The position numbers and the translations under genes were made by a program. Positions 9,516 to 20,752 of a stretch of DNA of 64,000 bases are shown here, piece by piece. The notes beneath the pieces were generated by a model. The model was not told where the DNA came from. It worked only from the letters and a program-made list of their open reading frames with translations, and did not search any database. Source of the stretch: an uncultured Gemmatimonadaceae bacterium (GTDB taxonomy: Bacteria > Gemmatimonadota > Gemmatimonadetes > Gemmatimonadales > Gemmatimonadaceae); assembly GCA_963781585.1 (NCBI GenBank), contig CAWAGQ010000007.1, forward strand, positions 320,001-384,000, written 5' to 3'. Numbering within the stretch: the stretch's first letter is position 1; each line of letters opens with the position of its first letter.

Positions 9516-12176
9516 CTACTCGCCCCTGAGCGCCTCCGCCGGATCCGCTTTCGTGGCGCGACGTGCGGGGACCATGGTCGCCGCGAGCGCGACCGCCGCC
9601 AGCACCGCCACCGCGAGGCCCAGCGACAGCGGATCGGTGGCCGCCACGTCCACCAGCTGACTCCGGAGGACTCGCGTCGCAGCGAGCGAGGCCAGCACGC
9701 CGACCGATGCCCCGACGACAACCACCCGCGCCGCCCCTCCGAGCACGAACAGCAGGAGTCCCCAGGCGCCGGCTCCGAGTGCCGCGCGCACCGCCAGTTC
9801 ACGATGCCGCTGCGCCACCGCATACGCGAGCATGCCATAGACGCCAAACGCCGAGAGAAGCACGGCCAGGCCGCCGAACAGCGAGAGCAGATCGAGCGTC
9901 ATCCGGCGCGGAGCCAGCTCGTTACTGAACGAACGGGCGAGCGTGCTCGTCTCCACGGGCACGGTGCGATCGACGGCGCGCGCGACGCGCTGAACCGCCT
10001 GGACGGACTGTTCAGCACGACCGGTCGTACGGACCACGGCGGTCATTCCGAACACCCAGTAGGGAACCTGTCGCCAGGAGACGTACATCTCGGCTTTCAT
10101 GTCCGACTCGACACCGTAGTGCCTGACGTTGCTCACCTCACCGATGATCCGGATCCACGCCGCGGGCGCGCCGGTGAACCCTCCTGCTTCCATGCTCGTC
10201 GCGCGCACGAAGTGTCCGAGCGGGCTCTGCCCCGGCCAGTACTTCTCGGTCATCGCCCGATTCACCAGCGCCACGCGCTCACCCCGGGCCACGTCGGTGG
10301 GGGCGATCCATCGTCCCGCCAGGAGGCGCACACCGAGCGCGGCGAGATAGTCCTCGCTGACCACGCGGTAGCCGGCGCCGGCGTTCGGCGTCTCCTTCAT
10401 GTCGAGGTCGATGAAGCCCGTGCCGCCGCCATTGAGCGGTACCGCGTTGGCCACTCCCACCCGCGTCACACCGGGGATCGCGCGCAATCGCGCGAGGAGT
10501 TGTTCCCAGTAGGCGTACGCCAGCGTCGTATCGCGCCGGAATCGGGGCGCCGACGGCGTGGCCGTGACCGTCACCACATTGGTGGTGAATCCGAGGTCGC
10601 GGCCCAGCAGCGCGCGAAAGCTGCGTACGAGCAGCGTGGTGGAGGACAGCAGGAGCACGGCGACGGCGATCTGCCCCGCCACCAACGGGGCCGCCGGCAC
10701 GCCGTGCCCGCCGCGCGCCGCGCCGCGATCGCCTGACGCCAGAACGCCGCGCAGCGCGCCGCGGGCGCCCAGCACCGCCGGCGCCAGGCCGGTGAGGATG
10801 CCGGCAACCAACGACACCGCGAGCGCGAACGCGAGGACCGGGAGATCCGCCGTCACCTGGTCCGCGCGCGGGATCCGAGATCCCCAGAGCAGAAGGACCA
10901 CCCGCAGCGAGCCAAAGGCGATCAGCGTTCCCAGCGCACCGGCCACCAGTGCGAGGGCCACGTGCTCCACCAGGAGCTGCCTGACGAGTCGGGCCCGATC
11001 GGCACCGAGGGCGGCGCGCACCGCCAGCTCGCGCAACCGCGTGACCCCGCGACCGAGATTGGCCGCCGACACGTTGGCGCAGGCAATGAGCAGCAGGAGC
11101 ACCACCGCGCCCATGAGCAGCGTGAAGTAGCTCCGGCTTTCCGCAACCATCGTCTCGCGCAATCCTCCCACATGCACGCCGTACGAGTAGAGGGCGCTCG
11201 GATCCCCGGCGCGCGCATTCGATGCGATCCGGGACAGTTCGCGTTGCGCAGCCGCGATCGAAATGCCCGGCGCGAGCCGGCCGATTGCCTCGTAGTTGAC
11301 GTTGTTGCGCGACGGATTTGAACGGCGGTCGAACGGGACGGGAATCCAGAGATCCGTTCCTGGAGGGTACTCGTCTCCCGAGGCGATCACCCCGACCACC
11401 GCGAGCTCGCGATTGGCCCCGTGCACGCGAGTGGCAAGCGTAGAATCGCCTCCCAGCATGTTCTGCCAGAACGCCTCGCTCACCACCGCCACGGCCGCGC
11501 CCGACTCGGCCTCGTCGGCGGCAAACGGGCGCCCGAGGGTGAATCGCGGGCGCAGGACGCGGAGAAAATCCGACGACACGACGGCGCCGGGGACATACAT
11601 CGCTCCGTCGCTGCCGACAATGTTGAACTGCAGCTGTTGGAGGATCGCCGACGCGTCGAGCACCGCCGCATCGTGCCAGTCGAGCCAACCGGCCGAGGAA
11701 ACCCGGGGGAAATGTCCACCGGTCGAGTCCGTCGATTCCAGCTCCACCAGCCGCCCGGACTGGGGAAACGACAGCGGCTGCAGCAGCACGTGGTCGACCA
11801 GCGTGAACGTGGTCGTCGCGAGACCGATGGCCACCCCGAGCGTCACGATGCCGAGGGCGGTCAGGGCCGGCGCCCGCCGACTTTGCCGGAATGCGAAGCG
11901 CAGGTCGTCGCGGAGAGCGCCGACCAGATCGCGTCGCGTCAGGGCCGCATCACGCTTGCGCGCCCCACTCCGCAGTCCGGAGCGCGCGCGTGGAAAATCG
12001 CCGAACCGAGCCATCGCCTCGGCGCGCGCCTGGTCGGGAGAGCGGCCGCGCCGCACCAGGTCGTCGATGCACAGCTGGAGGTGCGTCTCGAGCTCCTCGT
12101 CCAGCTCGGCCGCGAGCCGGGCGCGGCGTCCGAGTCCGGGGCGGAGCAGGCGGCGATAGCGACGCGGTTCGGCCAT
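9516..12176 (-). CDS. ADOP-family duplicated ABC permease (MacB_PCD/FtsX x2)
   Basis: N-terminal ELDEELETHL..ARFG; LLLIACANV..RELAVRAALGA twice; no ATPase gene adjacent. Confidence 0.9.
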   Translation of the reverse strand: MAEPRRYRRLLRPGLGRRARLAAELDEELETHLQLCIDDLVRRGRSPDQARAEAMARFGDFPRARSGLRSGARKRDAALTRRDLVGALRDDLRFAFRQSRRAPALTALGIVTLGVAIGLATTTFTLVDHVLLQPLSFPQSGRLVELESTDSTGGHFPRVSSAGWLDWHDAAVLDASAILQQLQFNIVGSDGAMYVPGAVVSSDFLRVLRPRFTLGRPFAADEAESGAAVAVVSEAFWQNMLGGDSTLATRVHGANRELAVVGVIASGDEYPPGTDLWIPVPFDRRSNPSRNNVNYEAIGRLAPGISIAAAQRELSRIASNARAGDPSALYSYGVHVGGLRETMVAESRSYFTLLMGAVVLLLLIACANVSAANLGRGVTRLRELAVRAALGADRARLVRQLLVEHVALALVAGALGTLIAFGSLRVVLLLWGSRIPRADQVTADLPVLAFALAVSLVAGILTGLAPAVLGARGALRGVLASGDRGAARGGHGVPAAPLVAGQIAVAVLLLSSTTLLVRSFRALLGRDLGFTTNVVTVTATPSAPRFRRDTTLAYAYWEQLLARLRAIPGVTRVGVANAVPLNGGGTGFIDLDMKETPNAGAGYRVVSEDYLAALGVRLLAGRWIAPTDVARGERVALVNRAMTEKYWPGQSPLGHFVRATSMEAGGFTGAPAAWIRIIGEVSNVRHYGVESDMKAEMYVSWRQVPYWVFGMTAVVRTTGRAEQSVQAVQRVARAVDRTVPVETSTLARSFSNELAPRRMTLDLLSLFGGLAVLLSAFGVYGMLAYAVAQRHRELAVRAALGAGAWGLLLFVLGGAARVVVVGASVGVLASLAATRVLRSQLVDVAATDPLSLGLAVAVLAAVALAATMVPARRATKADPAEALRGE

Positions 12177-12178
12177 GG

Positions 12179-12532
12179 TCAGGCGCTTCGCGACGTGAGG
12201 GCGAGGATGCCCGACACCGATGCCGCGTACCGGCGCCAGGTCTCGGCGTCGGCGCGGAGGCGGGTGCGCCCGGCCGTGGTCAGGCGGTAGTAGCGCGCGC
12301 GGCGGTTGTTCTCGCTCACGCCCCATTCGGCGGTCACCAGGTCGCGCGCCTCGAGGCGCTGGAGAGCCTGGTACAGCGCGCTGTCGTCCACGCCTAACGC
12401 GCCGTCGGAGCGCTGCTCGAGGAACGAGGCGATGCCGTAGCCGTGCATCGCGCCCCACGAGAGGGTCTTCAGGATCAGGAGGTCGAGCGTCCCCTTGAGC
12501 AGCGGCAGGTTCGCAGCGTCGTCCTTCGGCAC
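12179..12532 (-). CDS. PadR-family transcriptional regulator (acidobacterial type)
   Basis: LLKGTLDLLILKTL..MHGYGI..LYQALQRLE..EWGVSENNRRARYY; GTG 12532 with GGAG RBS. Confidence 0.92.
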   Translation of the reverse strand: MPKDDAANLPLLKGTLDLLILKTLSWGAMHGYGIASFLEQRSDGALGVDDSALYQALQRLEARDLVTAEWGVSENNRRARYYRLTTAGRTRLRADAETWRRYAASVSGILALTSRSA

Positions 12533-12538
12533 AGCACT

Positions 12539-12591
12539 CTCCCCGTATGTGCTAAGGGGGAATGGTAGCACCGCCGTGTCGCGACCCGCAA
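12539..12591 (-). promoter_or_regulatory. Putative sigma70 promoter and PadR operator
   Basis: TTGCGG-18-TACCAT; imperfect palindrome CTCCCCGTAT-GTG-CTAAGGGGGA (12539-12561) covering the RBS. Confidence 0.55.
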
Positions 12592-12602
12592 GCGAGGAAC
12601 CG

Positions 12603-13019
12603 TCAGCGGCCGACTGCGCCCGGTGCCGTCAGCGAGGGCCCAACGGTGACGACTGCGTTCCGACACGCGGCGCCACACGCGCGGCCATTGGGGAACCGGT
12701 CTTCGTACACCGGCTGAAGCTCCTGTGTCGTCGTGTCACCACGCGTGATGACGCGGATTCTAACCCAGGCGGGGGTGAAGTCCGGGAACAGGGCGGACGC
12801 ATCTCCGCAGCCCGCAGAAAGTGGGCAGGTCCAACGGTACACGGGACCCGAATCGTCCTCCTCTGCCTCGATGGCGACGACGTTGGCAACGCCGGACGCT
12901 TGAACGATCAGCCCGTTCGGGCATCCAATCAGCGTGCAAACGAGGGGGTCCGTGGCGCACGCCACGACGCCGTAGGCGAGTACCAGCACCCATGTTGTTC
13001 GGGGAGCGGTGGGACGCAC
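12603..13019 (-). CDS. Small Cys-rich lipoprotein
   Basis: Lipobox VVAC; CTLIGC and PNGRACGAAC motifs. Confidence 0.7.
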   Translation of the reverse strand: MRPTAPRTTWVLVLAYGVVACATDPLVCTLIGCPNGLIVQASGVANVVAIEAEEDDSGPVYRWTCPLSAGCGDASALFPDFTPAWVRIRVITRGDTTTQELQPVYEDRFPNGRACGAACRNAVVTVGPSLTAPGAVGR

Positions 13020-13224
13020 GGCTATTCACTGGAAGGGGACGAGATCGACAGCAAGCGCCGGGCAAGTCGGGAGGAATCACCGCGCCAGCGCCGAATTCAG
13101 ATTACGCTACCCGAGCGTCGATTGCAAGCGCCGCGCCTCTTGCCCCCCTCATGCGTCCGCTCGGCCGAGCTCTCAGCGTTTCGCGTTGCCAGTTCGCGAC
13201 GATCGGATCACCGAGACCCTGAAG

Positions 13225-13971
13225 TCAGCGTCCCGCACGCTCGAGGTAGCTCGGTATGGATTCGCTGGGGTTCGCTCGACGGCCGTGCGCTCGTTCCGCA
13301 ATTCCCTTGGCCATCTGTATCGCCGCCGACGCGACATGCACGAAGGGGCTTTGCGTACGGCGTCCAACCGCTCGCGCCAACCGCAACGACTGTCGGAATT
13401 CGTCGGCGGTGTGGAACTCCGGCAGTTCCGTCCAGGCCGCGCCGATCTCGCGGGGGAAATGGCTGTCGCTGCCCGCAGCAGCCGGGAGCTGCCGCGACTC
13501 CGCGGCACGCAACGCACGGCCATTCCAGAGCCCGAGGAACGCGCGGGAGTTGAACACTTCCACCAAGTCCGCCACCCCGATCGCCTCCTCGGCATGCCGC
13601 GCCGGCTCGGTGAGGTAGGCATACGGATGCGGGGCATACACCACGCCGCCCTGGGCCCGGATGCGCTCCGCGGTCTCACGTACCGGGAGTCCTGGTGGAA
13701 TCCGCTCGTGAAGGAAGAGCCCGATGAGATGCGTTCGCTCCCGGGTATCGATCTCCTCACCGATGATGATCAGCGACGGATCGATCGCGCTCGCGGCGCG
13801 GGCTCCATCTATGGTGTTATGGTCCGTCACGGCGATGCGGTGCAGTCCGACCGCGCGCGCGCGGGCAACCAGCTGTGCCGGTGCCATCACCGAATCGCGC
13901 GAGTACCGCGTGTGCGAATGTAGATCGACCTTCACGACTGCTGTCTCTCCCGTGGCCGTGGCGAGTTGCAT
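13225..13971 (-). CDS. PHP-domain metal-dependent phosphoesterase
   Basis: DLHSHTRYSRDS, AVTDHN, IGEEI, APHP, GSDSH. Confidence 0.9.
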   Translation of the reverse strand: MQLATATGETAVVKVDLHSHTRYSRDSVMAPAQLVARARAVGLHRIAVTDHNTIDGARAASAIDPSLIIIGEEIDTRERTHLIGLFLHERIPPGLPVRETAERIRAQGGVVYAPHPYAYLTEPARHAEEAIGVADLVEVFNSRAFLGLWNGRALRAAESRQLPAAAGSDSHFPREIGAAWTELPEFHTADEFRQSLRLARAVGRRTQSPFVHVASAAIQMAKGIAERAHGRRANPSESIPSYLERAGR

Positions 13972-14103
13972 ACCGCCGGGACCAGGAGATGTGCCACCCG
14001 TCAGGCCCCGTCCCGGTCTCCGCCTACGGAGACGACCAGCATTCGGACTGCGAAACGGGCCTGTGGCCTTCCGTTCACACCCTGCACCATCACCAACGTC
14101 GCG

Positions 14104-14883
14104 CTACGTCGCCATCATGAAGTCGACCGCGGTCGCCGCGATATCGGGCGGCACCATGTGATCGCCATCGAACTCATGGTAATCCACCACGAATCCTTCA
14201 TTCTCCAGCGTCGGAACGATGAGGCGGCTCGCCTGGTCAATCGGCAGAATCGTGTCCTGGCGGCCGTGGGAGATGAAGATCCGGGGTTTGGTCGGCTGGA
14301 TCTGCGTGGTGGTGACGAACCCGGGCGAGAACGCGACCAGGCGTGTGAACAGCGCCGAGTTCAGGATGCCCACGCCCAGGGCATAGGATGCGCCATCGGA
14401 GAACCCTTCCAGGCAAATGCGCGTGGGATCGACCGCGCAGCGGTCGAACGTCAGTTGGAGTCCGGCGTCGATGGTCACGATGTCCGGGCCGTAGTCGCCC
14501 CGGATGGCGTCCCAGGTGAACGAGAGCGAGTCGGGTACCAGGAGGAGAAAGCCGGCGGATTGGGCGTAGGGTCCGAGGAACGCGAGTGGTCCGTCAGCCG
14601 TGATGCCGGCGCCGTGCAATGACACCATCAAGGGCAGCGGCGTGGTCGAGACGTAGCCGTCGGGCACGATCAGCGTGCAGCTCGGCGAATCGTTCCAGAG
14701 ACGGTACTGCCCGCGCGTGGTGGTCTGCGACGGCGTCCCCGGGCGTGACGAGAGCCGTGCCCGCGTCGGGTCGAAGGCAGGGACGTCGGTGTTGCCGAGC
14801 CGGCAGGCGAGACCGGCGGCGGTCGCACCCACAGCGGCGCAGAACTGGCGTCGGCTGAGGGGTCGAGATGAGAGCGCGGGCAC
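14104..14883 (-). CDS. Tat-exported alpha/beta hydrolase (phospholipase/carboxylesterase)
   Basis: SRRQF Tat motif; LHGAG; GFSDG nucleophile elbow; HGRQD; FDGDH. Confidence 0.85.
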   Translation of the reverse strand: MPALSSRPLSRRQFCAAVGATAAGLACRLGNTDVPAFDPTRARLSSRPGTPSQTTTRGQYRLWNDSPSCTLIVPDGYVSTTPLPLMVSLHGAGITADGPLAFLGPYAQSAGFLLLVPDSLSFTWDAIRGDYGPDIVTIDAGLQLTFDRCAVDPTRICLEGFSDGASYALGVGILNSALFTRLVAFSPGFVTTTQIQPTKPRIFISHGRQDTILPIDQASRLIVPTLENEGFVVDYHEFDGDHMVPPDIAATAVDFMMAT

Positions 14884-14908
14884 GGAAGAGAGATTGTGAT
14901 GCGGGTTG

Positions 14909-14978
14909 TGGCCTATGGCCTATGCCCACTGGCCCATGGCGTATGGCCCATGGCCTATGGCCTATGACCTTTGGTCTC
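14909..14978. repeat. Degenerate heptamer tandem repeat (TGGCCTA)n, about 10 units
   Basis: tggccta tggccta tgccca ctggccca tggcgta tggccca tggccta tggccta tgacctt tggtctc. Confidence 0.85.
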
Positions 14979-15223
14979 TTCCCCTAATTCCGCCCGTTCT
15001 CGGGCCTTCGGCAGACTGTGTGTGACCAGGTGTACTCCCCGCGTGACGACCGGCGCGCCATGGCGGATGAAGATGGCCGGCACCTCCTGGAGCGAACCCG
15101 GCGGCTCTCGAAGGGCCCACTCGAGAGCCGGTGAAACCACGCTGACGACGGGGGGTCGCCCGGCCGTGGGGAAACGGTTGGAGGAAGGACGCGCGATCGG
15201 CGCCCGTCTTCGCGGCCGGCCGG

Positions 15224-16525
15224 TCATGCCTGGGAATTCTGCCCGGCCTGCGCGCGCGACGGTTTCGCCGCACACTCGGCGGCCCTGACGAGCAACAGAT
15301 CGCGCTCGCGGCCGTTCCTGGTCAGCGTCGCGGCGTGCTCGAATTCCGCGCGCGCCTCGTCGAATCGATCGAGCCTGAACAGCAAGTCGCCGCGCACGCT
15401 CGGCAGCAGGTGATAGCTCCGGAGTGCGGGATCAGATGCCAGCTCGTCCACCAGTTCCAGCGCCGCGGCCGGTCCGAATGCCATCATCACCGCCACCGCG
15501 CGATTGAGCTCCACGATCGGCGACGGCATCACCCGGGCGAGCGCGTCGTACAGCGTCACGATGCGAGCCCACTCTGTCTCCGATCCGGTGCGTGCCCGCG
15601 CGTGACACGCCGCGATCGCCGCCTGCAGTCCATACGGACCTAACGAATCGCCGAGTTGCGCGGCGCGCGCGAGCGCGGCCAGGCCGCGCCGGATCAGCAG
15701 CTGGTCCCAACGTCCGCGATCCTGATCCAGCAGCAGCACGGGCTCTCCCGAGGGGCCGATTCGCGCCCGTGCACGCGACGCCTGGAACTCCATCAGCGCC
15801 ACCAGCGCATGCACCTCGGAATCCTGCGGCATGAGCCCCGCGAGAATGCGACCGAGCCGCAGCGCATCCTCGCACAGCGCCGGGCGCATCCAGTCGTCGC
15901 CCGCGGTGGCCGTGTAGCCCTCATTGAAGATGAGGTAGATCACCTCGAGCACGGACGAGAGCCGCGCGGCCCGTTCCTCGCCACGCGGGACCTGGTACGG
16001 AACCCGGCGCTCGGCGAGCGTGCGCTTGGCCCGGACGATGCGCTGGGCGATGGTCGGTTCGGGAACCAGGAACGCGCGGGCGATCTCGTCGGTCGTGAGG
16101 CCGCCCAGCAGGCGGAGCGTCAGCGCGACCCGCGCCTCGGTGGAGAGCACCGGATGGCAGGCGGTGAAGATGAGGCGCAGCAGGTCGTCGCCCACGTCGT
16201 CGTCGATGGCGGCGGCGAGCTCGGGTTCCGGATTGACCTGCCGACCCTCGAGATCGCGGCCGAGCTCCTCGTGCTTGCGCTCGAGCATCTGTCCCCGTCG
16301 CATGAGATCGATCGCGCGGTGCTTGGCAGTCCCCATGAGCCAGGCGCCGGGGTTGTCCGGAACGCCGGATGTGGGCCACTGCTCGAGTGCGGCGACCAGC
16401 GCATCCTGCGCGAGGTCTTCGGCCACGCCGACGTCGCGCACCATGCGCGCGAGCCCGGCGATGAGTCTCGGCGCCTCGATCCGCCAGACCGCGTCGATAG
16501 CGCTATGGGGGTCGGAAGTTGTCAC
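15224..16525 (-). CDS. ECF sigma factor with C-terminal TPR-like extension
   Basis: AEDLAQDAL..WP..GVP.NPGAWL, LRLIFTACHP, TIAQRIVRAK, IYLIFNEGY, VELNRAVA. Confidence 0.9.
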   Translation of the reverse strand: MTTSDPHSAIDAVWRIEAPRLIAGLARMVRDVGVAEDLAQDALVAALEQWPTSGVPDNPGAWLMGTAKHRAIDLMRRGQMLERKHEELGRDLEGRQVNPEPELAAAIDDDVGDDLLRLIFTACHPVLSTEARVALTLRLLGGLTTDEIARAFLVPEPTIAQRIVRAKRTLAERRVPYQVPRGEERAARLSSVLEVIYLIFNEGYTATAGDDWMRPALCEDALRLGRILAGLMPQDSEVHALVALMEFQASRARARIGPSGEPVLLLDQDRGRWDQLLIRRGLAALARAAQLGDSLGPYGLQAAIAACHARARTGSETEWARIVTLYDALARVMPSPIVELNRAVAVMMAFGPAAALELVDELASDPALRSYHLLPSVRGDLLFRLDRFDEARAEFEHAATLTRNGRERDLLLVRAAECAAKPSRAQAGQNSQA

Positions 16526-16699
16526 GGCTGGCAATCACGCCAGAGTCGTGCAAAGGGGCAAGAGTACATAAAGAGCCGTTCGTCGCAGGGCAGGGCCGCG
16601 TCGAGAGCCGGCGCTCAGGCGTCCGGGATGGCAGAGCGCCAGCACTGACGCCGGGCGGCCATGGCGGTACACTTAGGGAGCGATCAGGAGGCGCATCCG

Positions 16700-17251
16700 A
16701 TGACGGCCGGCATGCTCGAGAAGCAGGAGACCGGGCTGGCGCGAGCGGCGGAGGATCACGCGGCCGCGGTGCAGGAGTTCGTCGAACTGGCGCGGGCCCT
16801 TCCCGCAGAGCGGTGGGAACGCCCACGGGCGCCCGGCAAGTGGACCCCTGCCCAGGAAACGAAGCACCTGTCCCTCGGTTATGCCGCGTTCCTCCGCGAT
16901 CTCAACGGCGAAGCCGTCATGCGCCTGCGCGGCCGGTGGTGGCAGCGACTGATCTGGCGATGGCGCATTCTGCCTCGCATTCTCTCGGAACAGCGACTTC
17001 CGGTGGCGGTCCGGGCATCCCGTGTATCGCGGCCGGATGATCATCCTGGCGACCGTCCCACGCTCTTGGGCGAACTGGAGGAGGCGGCCGCGACGTTTCA
17101 GACGCGCGTGCTGGAAACGCATCAGCGAACGCCGAGGCGACGCGTGACGCATCCATTCTTCAATAGACTTTCACTCGAGCAGCTGCTTCGACTTTCCGCT
17201 GTGCACACCAGACATCACGGAGCGTTTCTCCGCGCGTCGCTTCCCGAATAA
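16700..17251 (+). CDS. DinB-family protein
   Basis: GKWTPAQETKHL, HPFF, HTRHH; AGGAGG RBS before ATG 16700. Confidence 0.8.
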   Translation: MTAGMLEKQETGLARAAEDHAAAVQEFVELARALPAERWERPRAPGKWTPAQETKHLSLGYAAFLRDLNGEAVMRLRGRWWQRLIWRWRILPRILSEQRLPVAVRASRVSRPDDHPGDRPTLLGELEEAAATFQTRVLETHQRTPRRRVTHPFFNRLSLEQLLRLSAVHTRHHGAFLRASLPE

Positions 17252-17284
17252 CACGTCCTGCACCCGTTTCCAGGGTTCGTAGCC

Positions 17285-19817
17285 ATGCATTCCTCCCGAC
17301 GCGACTTCCTGCAGCGCTCGGCGGCCGCCGCGGCCGCGGTGACGCTTGGTCCGCTGACGCCGCGAGCCGGTGACCCCGGCGCGGCACTAATCGCCAGCGC
17401 CCTCACCACGACCGAGGATCCGAAGGTCCGCGCGTTCGAGGAGAAGATGCTCCGCTCGCGGCCGGTCCCTCTGGCCAATGTGCGCCTCCTGGGTGGTCCA
17501 CTGCAACGCGCGCAGGAACTCACGGCAAAGTACCTGCTCGAGCCTCGAGCCCGATCGCATGATGGCGTACTACCGCGTTCGCGCCGGCCTTCCGCAGAAG
17601 GCCGAACCATATAGTGGATGGGACGGTGGGGGACGGAACCTCACCGGGCACATCGCGGGGCACCACCTGTCGGCGGTGAGCTACATGTACCTCGCCACCG
17701 GCGACGCCCGCTTCAAGGCGCGTGCCGATTATCTGGTGAAGGAGATGAAGGAGGTACAGGACAAGAACGGCGATGGATTCCTGAGCGCGCTCGAAGGACT
17801 GCGCGAAGCGTTCGCCGCCGTGTCCAGGGGCGAGATCCGATCCGGAGGATTCGACCTGAATGGGTTGTGGTCGCCGTGGTACACACTGCACAAGACGTTC
17901 GCCGGATTGCGCGACGCATATCGTCACACCGGCAATCGGACCGCGCTGGACGTGGAGATCCGGTTCGCGACGTGGGCCGAGCACGTGCTCGCGCCGCTCA
18001 GCGAAGCGCAGGTGCAGCACATGCTGAATACCGAGCACGGAGGAATGAATGAAGTGCTCGCCGACCTCTACGCCGACACCGGCGACAAGCGGTGGCTCGA
18101 TCTCTCGTATCGCTTCGAGCACCACGCGTTCACCGATCCGCTGAAGCGCGGCCAGGACAACCTGTCCGGCAAGCACGGCAACTGTCAGATTCCGAAGCTG
18201 ATCGGCTCGGCGGCGCGGTACGGATACACGGCCGACACCGGCGACATTCTGGCCGCGTCATTCTTCTGGGAGCGGGTGGCTCAGCACCACAGCTACGCGA
18301 CTGGCGGCCACGGCCTGGCCGAGTACTTCGGACCGCCGGACCAGCTGAGCCCGCGTGTGGACGGGCGCACGTGCGAGAGCTGCAACGTGTACAACATGCT
18401 CAAGCTCACGCGGCGCCTGTTCTCCCTCCGTCCAGATCCGCTGTACGCCGATTTCCACGAGCGCGCCCTGTTCAATCACGTGCTCGCGTCGGTCGACTTC
18501 GAGACGTATCACACGTCGTACATGGTGCCGGTGGGGCGCGGCGTGCAGCAGGAGTACCAGAACATGCTCCAGAGCTTCACGTGTTGCGTGGGCACGGGCA
18601 TGGAGAACCATGGGCTGCACGGCTACGGCATCTATTACGAGTCGGCCGACGCGTCGAAGCCCACCCTGTGGGTGAATCTGTTCGCCCCGTCCACCGCGCG
18701 CTTTCCCCTGGCGGGAGTCGACCTGAGAATGGACACCGGTTTTCCCGATGGCGATGACGCGACCATGACCCTCACGGTTCCGCAGCCGAAGGAGTTCACC
18801 CTGGCAGTGAGGCGTCCGGTATGGGCTGGCGACGGATTCGCGGTGCGTGTGAATGGCGAGCTGATGGAGCGGCCTCCGCTGGAAAGTTTGCACGACGCTG
18901 CCGCGGGCGGGCGGGGCGGGGCGCCGGGGAACGAGGCGGCGACACCGTCCAGCACCTATGTGGAGCTTACCCGGACCTGGAAGACCGGTGACCGGGTGGA
19001 GCTCGCGCTGCCCAAGTCCGTGCACCTGGAGCCGACCCCCGACAACACGTCGGTTGCGGCGATCATGTGGGGTCCGCTGGTACTGGCGGGCGATCTGGGT
19101 GCGCGGCGGGAAGGGCGGGGGGCAGTCGAGCCGCCGATTCCGGTGCTGGTTGCCGCCGGCCGGCCGGTGACCGAATGGGTTCTGCCTGACGGGGCGAAGG
19201 CCGGCGACTTCCGCGTGCAGCAAGTGGCCCGGGTGATCGCCGAGCCCGGTGTACCGGGAGACGTGACGTTGGCGCCGTTCCACCGCACCGACGAGCGCAC
19301 CTACAGCGTCTACTTCGATGTCGTCACGCCGCAGGAATTCGACGCGCGGGTGGGGGCGCTGGCCGCCTCCCGCGAGCATGCGCGCCGGCTGGAGGCCGCC
19401 ACGGTGGGATTCGTGCAGCCCGGTTCGCCGGCCTCGGAGCAGACGGCGAACTACCGGAGCGACCCCGAGAATCGCCCGCCGCAGCGCGCCGCCGGCCGCA
19501 CCGGCCGCGGAGGACCGGGGTGGTTCTCCTATGATCTGGCCGTCGACGTCACCACCGGGATGGCGCTGGTGGTCACGTATCTGAACGAGCGCGGGTTGCC
19601 GCCGGCGACCGGAACATTCGAGATCCTGGTGGACGGCACGTCGATCGCACCGTTCATGCCTAACGAGACGGCCACCGGATTCTACGACGCGCAGTACACG
19701 GTGCCGGCGAACCTCGTCGAGGGGAAGTCGAAAGTGACAGTGCGCTTCCAGGCCGCTCCCAACGCGCGGATCGCGCCGGTGTTCGGCGTGCGGATGGTTC
19801 GCGCGAAGGACCTGTGA
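17285..19817 (+). CDS. Tat-exported GH127-like beta-L-arabinofuranosidase (one frameshift near 17540)
   Basis: SRRDFLQ Tat signal; LTGHIAGHHLSA, EHGGMNE, CESCNVYNMLKL, FTCCVGTGME; the N-terminus is in a different frame from the body. Confidence 0.85.
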
Positions 19818-19830
19818 GCCCGCGCACCGG

Positions 19831-20631
19831 GTGAACACCGACGAGTACAGACCGATCGCCGAGCTGTACGATCATGTGCCGCTCTATCGTGATCGAAGCG
19901 ATGTCGCGTTCTACGTCCACATGGCCACGGCAGCAGGTGGGCCGGTGCTGGAGCTCGGATGCGGTACCGGTCGCGTGCTCATCCCCACCGCGCGCGCCGG
20001 AGTCGAGGTCGTCGGGCTGGATGCGTCGCCGCACATGCTCGCGGCGTGTCGCGCGCACCTCGCCCGTGAGCCGGACGAGCTGCGAGCCCGGGTTGCGCTG
20101 GTGGCCGGCGACATGCGCGACTTCGATCTCGGACGCACCTTTGCGCTGGTGACGATTCCGTTCCGGCCGTTTCAGCATCTGACCGGGGTCGCCGATCAAC
20201 TGGCATGCCTGGCGACCGTGCGCCGCCACCTGGTGGACGGCGGCACGCTCGTGTTCGACGTATTCAATCCGTCGCTCGATGCTCTCGCGGCGGAGAAGCC
20301 GGGGGTGGAAGTGGGGGACGAAGCCCCGTTCACGACGCCGGACGGCCGTCGCGTGGTCCGTCGCTTCCGCATCGTTTCGTACGATCGGTTCAATCAGGTC
20401 AATCAGACGGAACTGATCTACTACGTCACCCATCCCGACGGTCGTGAAGAGCGGCTCGTGCATGCCTTCGCGATGCGATACCTCTTCCGCTACGAGGTCG
20501 AGCACTTGCTGGCGCGCGCCGGGTTCCAGCTGCAGCAGGTGTTTTCCGGATGCGATCGGGCGCCCTACGGATCAACCTATCCGGGCGACCTGGTGCTGGT
20601 CGCGCGCAAGGAAGGCGCGCCCGGGAGATGA
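19831..20631 (+). CDS. Class I SAM-dependent methyltransferase
   Basis: VLELGCGTGR, GLDAS, GDMRDF. Confidence 0.9.
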   Translation: MNTDEYRPIAELYDHVPLYRDRSDVAFYVHMATAAGGPVLELGCGTGRVLIPTARAGVEVVGLDASPHMLAACRAHLAREPDELRARVALVAGDMRDFDLGRTFALVTIPFRPFQHLTGVADQLACLATVRRHLVDGGTLVFDVFNPSLDALAAEKPGVEVGDEAPFTTPDGRRVVRRFRIVSYDRFNQVNQTELIYYVTHPDGREERLVHAFAMRYLFRYEVEHLLARAGFQLQQVFSGCDRAPYGSTYPGDLVLVARKEGAPGR

Positions 20632-20752
20632 AGTGCTGGCCGATGTCGGCGTAGCGAGTAGCCGAGGGCGGGCGTACCGTCATCTCGACTGGACGGAGAA
20701 TGCCGCCGATTCCCGGGTCGACTCAACCCGCGCGACCGTCAGGCCCTTCAGC